Shown: piece after piece, positions 62,640 to 64,000 of the stretch
Layout of the letters: every line of letters begins with the position of its first letter
How positions within the stretch are numbered: position 1 is the stretch's first letter
NCBI GenBank assembly: GCA_011109175.1
Contig: RDEW01000021.1
Span: 569,080-633,079, forward strand
From: Dicyema japonicum
Lineage: Eukaryota > Animalia > Dicyemida
Direction of reading: 5' to 3'
Length of the DNA stretch: 64,000 bases
The notes under the pieces: model-generated
Told to the model about the DNA's origin: nothing
Seen by the model: only the letters and a program-made list of their open reading frames with translations
Databases searched by the model: none
Made by a program: the position numbers and the translations under genes

Positions 62640-64000
62640 GAACACGTGGATGTACTGAGTACTCTTCAAAATATTGGCAGCTACCTTATTCGCTTCTATT
62701 TTCCGTAAATTTGAAGATTGCTAGTGTTCCCGGAGTCTGGACCGTCTTGACGAATAGCACTTCTCCTCTTCAGCTTGACGTTATCCAGAAGTGAGCTTTC
62801 CTGATCGACTGATACACCTAAACAGCGGAGGAAACGAACTCTTGGAATTCCTAGCGTGTAAGGCTGTGCATGATGGTTCCGTATACGGCTTATTCTCATA
62901 TAGTTTGACTTCTTTGGTGAGAGCTCCATCTCTCTCCTTACATAGCAGTCTTTCATTGGATGATTTATGAGTCTCCTCTCGGAAAGAGTTGATTTCCTAG
63001 ACATATCCATAATTAGGATATCATTCGCGTATATCAACAGTTTCGAGTTCGGTAACAAAAGAGTTGAGAAGTCTGATAAGAAAATGTTGCATAACAGGGG
63101 GCTCAGGACAGAGCCCCGCGGAACGCCTCTCTTTAGTGAAACATCTCTGGATACATTTCCTCCAATGCGCACTTGAGAAGTCCGTCCCGTTAGAAAGTCC
63201 CCTAGCCATACTAATAGTTGTTTTGGAATATCTGCAGCCACAAGCCTTGTTAGAAGGGCTTCTTGCTACACACTATCGAAGGCCTTGGATAAATCCAGCA
63301 TAAAATGTTTAGTTGTCTCTTGAATGTCGCTCCTTTTAGTACGTTCACATATAATAAGACTTCCCGGGCCTGAAGCCCCATTGTTTCGCGAGGAGGAAAT
63401 CGCTCCTTTCTATATGCCGACACAGCCTCTCAAAGACAATTCGCTCATAATCTCGGATATCGAGCATATGAGACTGATCTGTCTATAGTTGAAAGGGTTC
63501 CTCCCCAACTTTCCTGGTTTTATAATCATTTTGACTAAAGAGTTTTTCCATCATTTTGGGACATATCCATACTTTATACTTGCGTTGAGCAGACTTTTCA
63601 GAGCGAGCAGTAAGGCCTCAGTCCTTCTTTGAACAATTTCATGTTAGCGTGGTCGAAGGCCGGAGCAATGGCTTGCTGTCATGACCTCCTCGAGGGTGAT
63701 TTTCTTCTCAACATCCTTGAGGTCGTTTAGTGAGTAGTTGCAGAGTTCCAGTGACGCATCCATCTGTTCACATGGATCAATAACAATGGGTTGATCCCCT
63801 GGATTTTGTCCAATTGGCTTTTGAAGATTGCCGGGGCTTCTTCCACAGAGTGCGAACCCCCATCTGGGTCGCTGAACGGGTGATTGTCCGGTCCAAAGGG
63901 GCAAGCATCATTCACGACTCTATATAGGCCATCTTGTCAGAGTTGCTTTAGAATCCGAGACGGAAGGTGCCTGAGCCTCTGTGGCTCATCCACATAGATC
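62640..64000 (-). mobile_element. Decayed Jockey/I-like LINE RT, related to 20900-24640
   Basis: GVPRGSVLSPLLCNIFLSDF; the catalytic YADD reads YAND; RCLGVSVD. Confidence 0.9.

Overview
This is an AT-rich, repeat-saturated eukaryotic window with one assembly gap (39245-39888). It is metazoan, because it carries a POU homeobox gene, a DEP+RhoGAP-like gene and an SLC7/LAT transporter. It comes from a lineage with extremely short GT-AG introns (about 18-25 nt); a reduced parasite such as a myxozoan or dicyemid is an inference. Most of the sequence is decayed transposable elements: non-LTR retrotransposons (Ingi/Vingi-like, Jockey/I-like, CRE-like, R4-like, RTE-like) and DNA transposons (MULE, hAT, pogo, Ginger-like). 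Host genes are a DEPDC1/7-like gene (minus, 28735-29883), a divergent POU gene (plus, 30746-31596), and decayed RING-H2 and SLC7 copies. The most interesting signal is a retroelement system. Single-ORF LINEs begin with an HDV-like nested pseudoknot, then a short leader, a 2A-like (StopGo) motif, APE and RT, and end in a conserved GIT-stop. Short non-autonomous elements carry the same pseudoknot core with different LINE-derived tails. All calls come from manual reading; no searches or folding programs were run.
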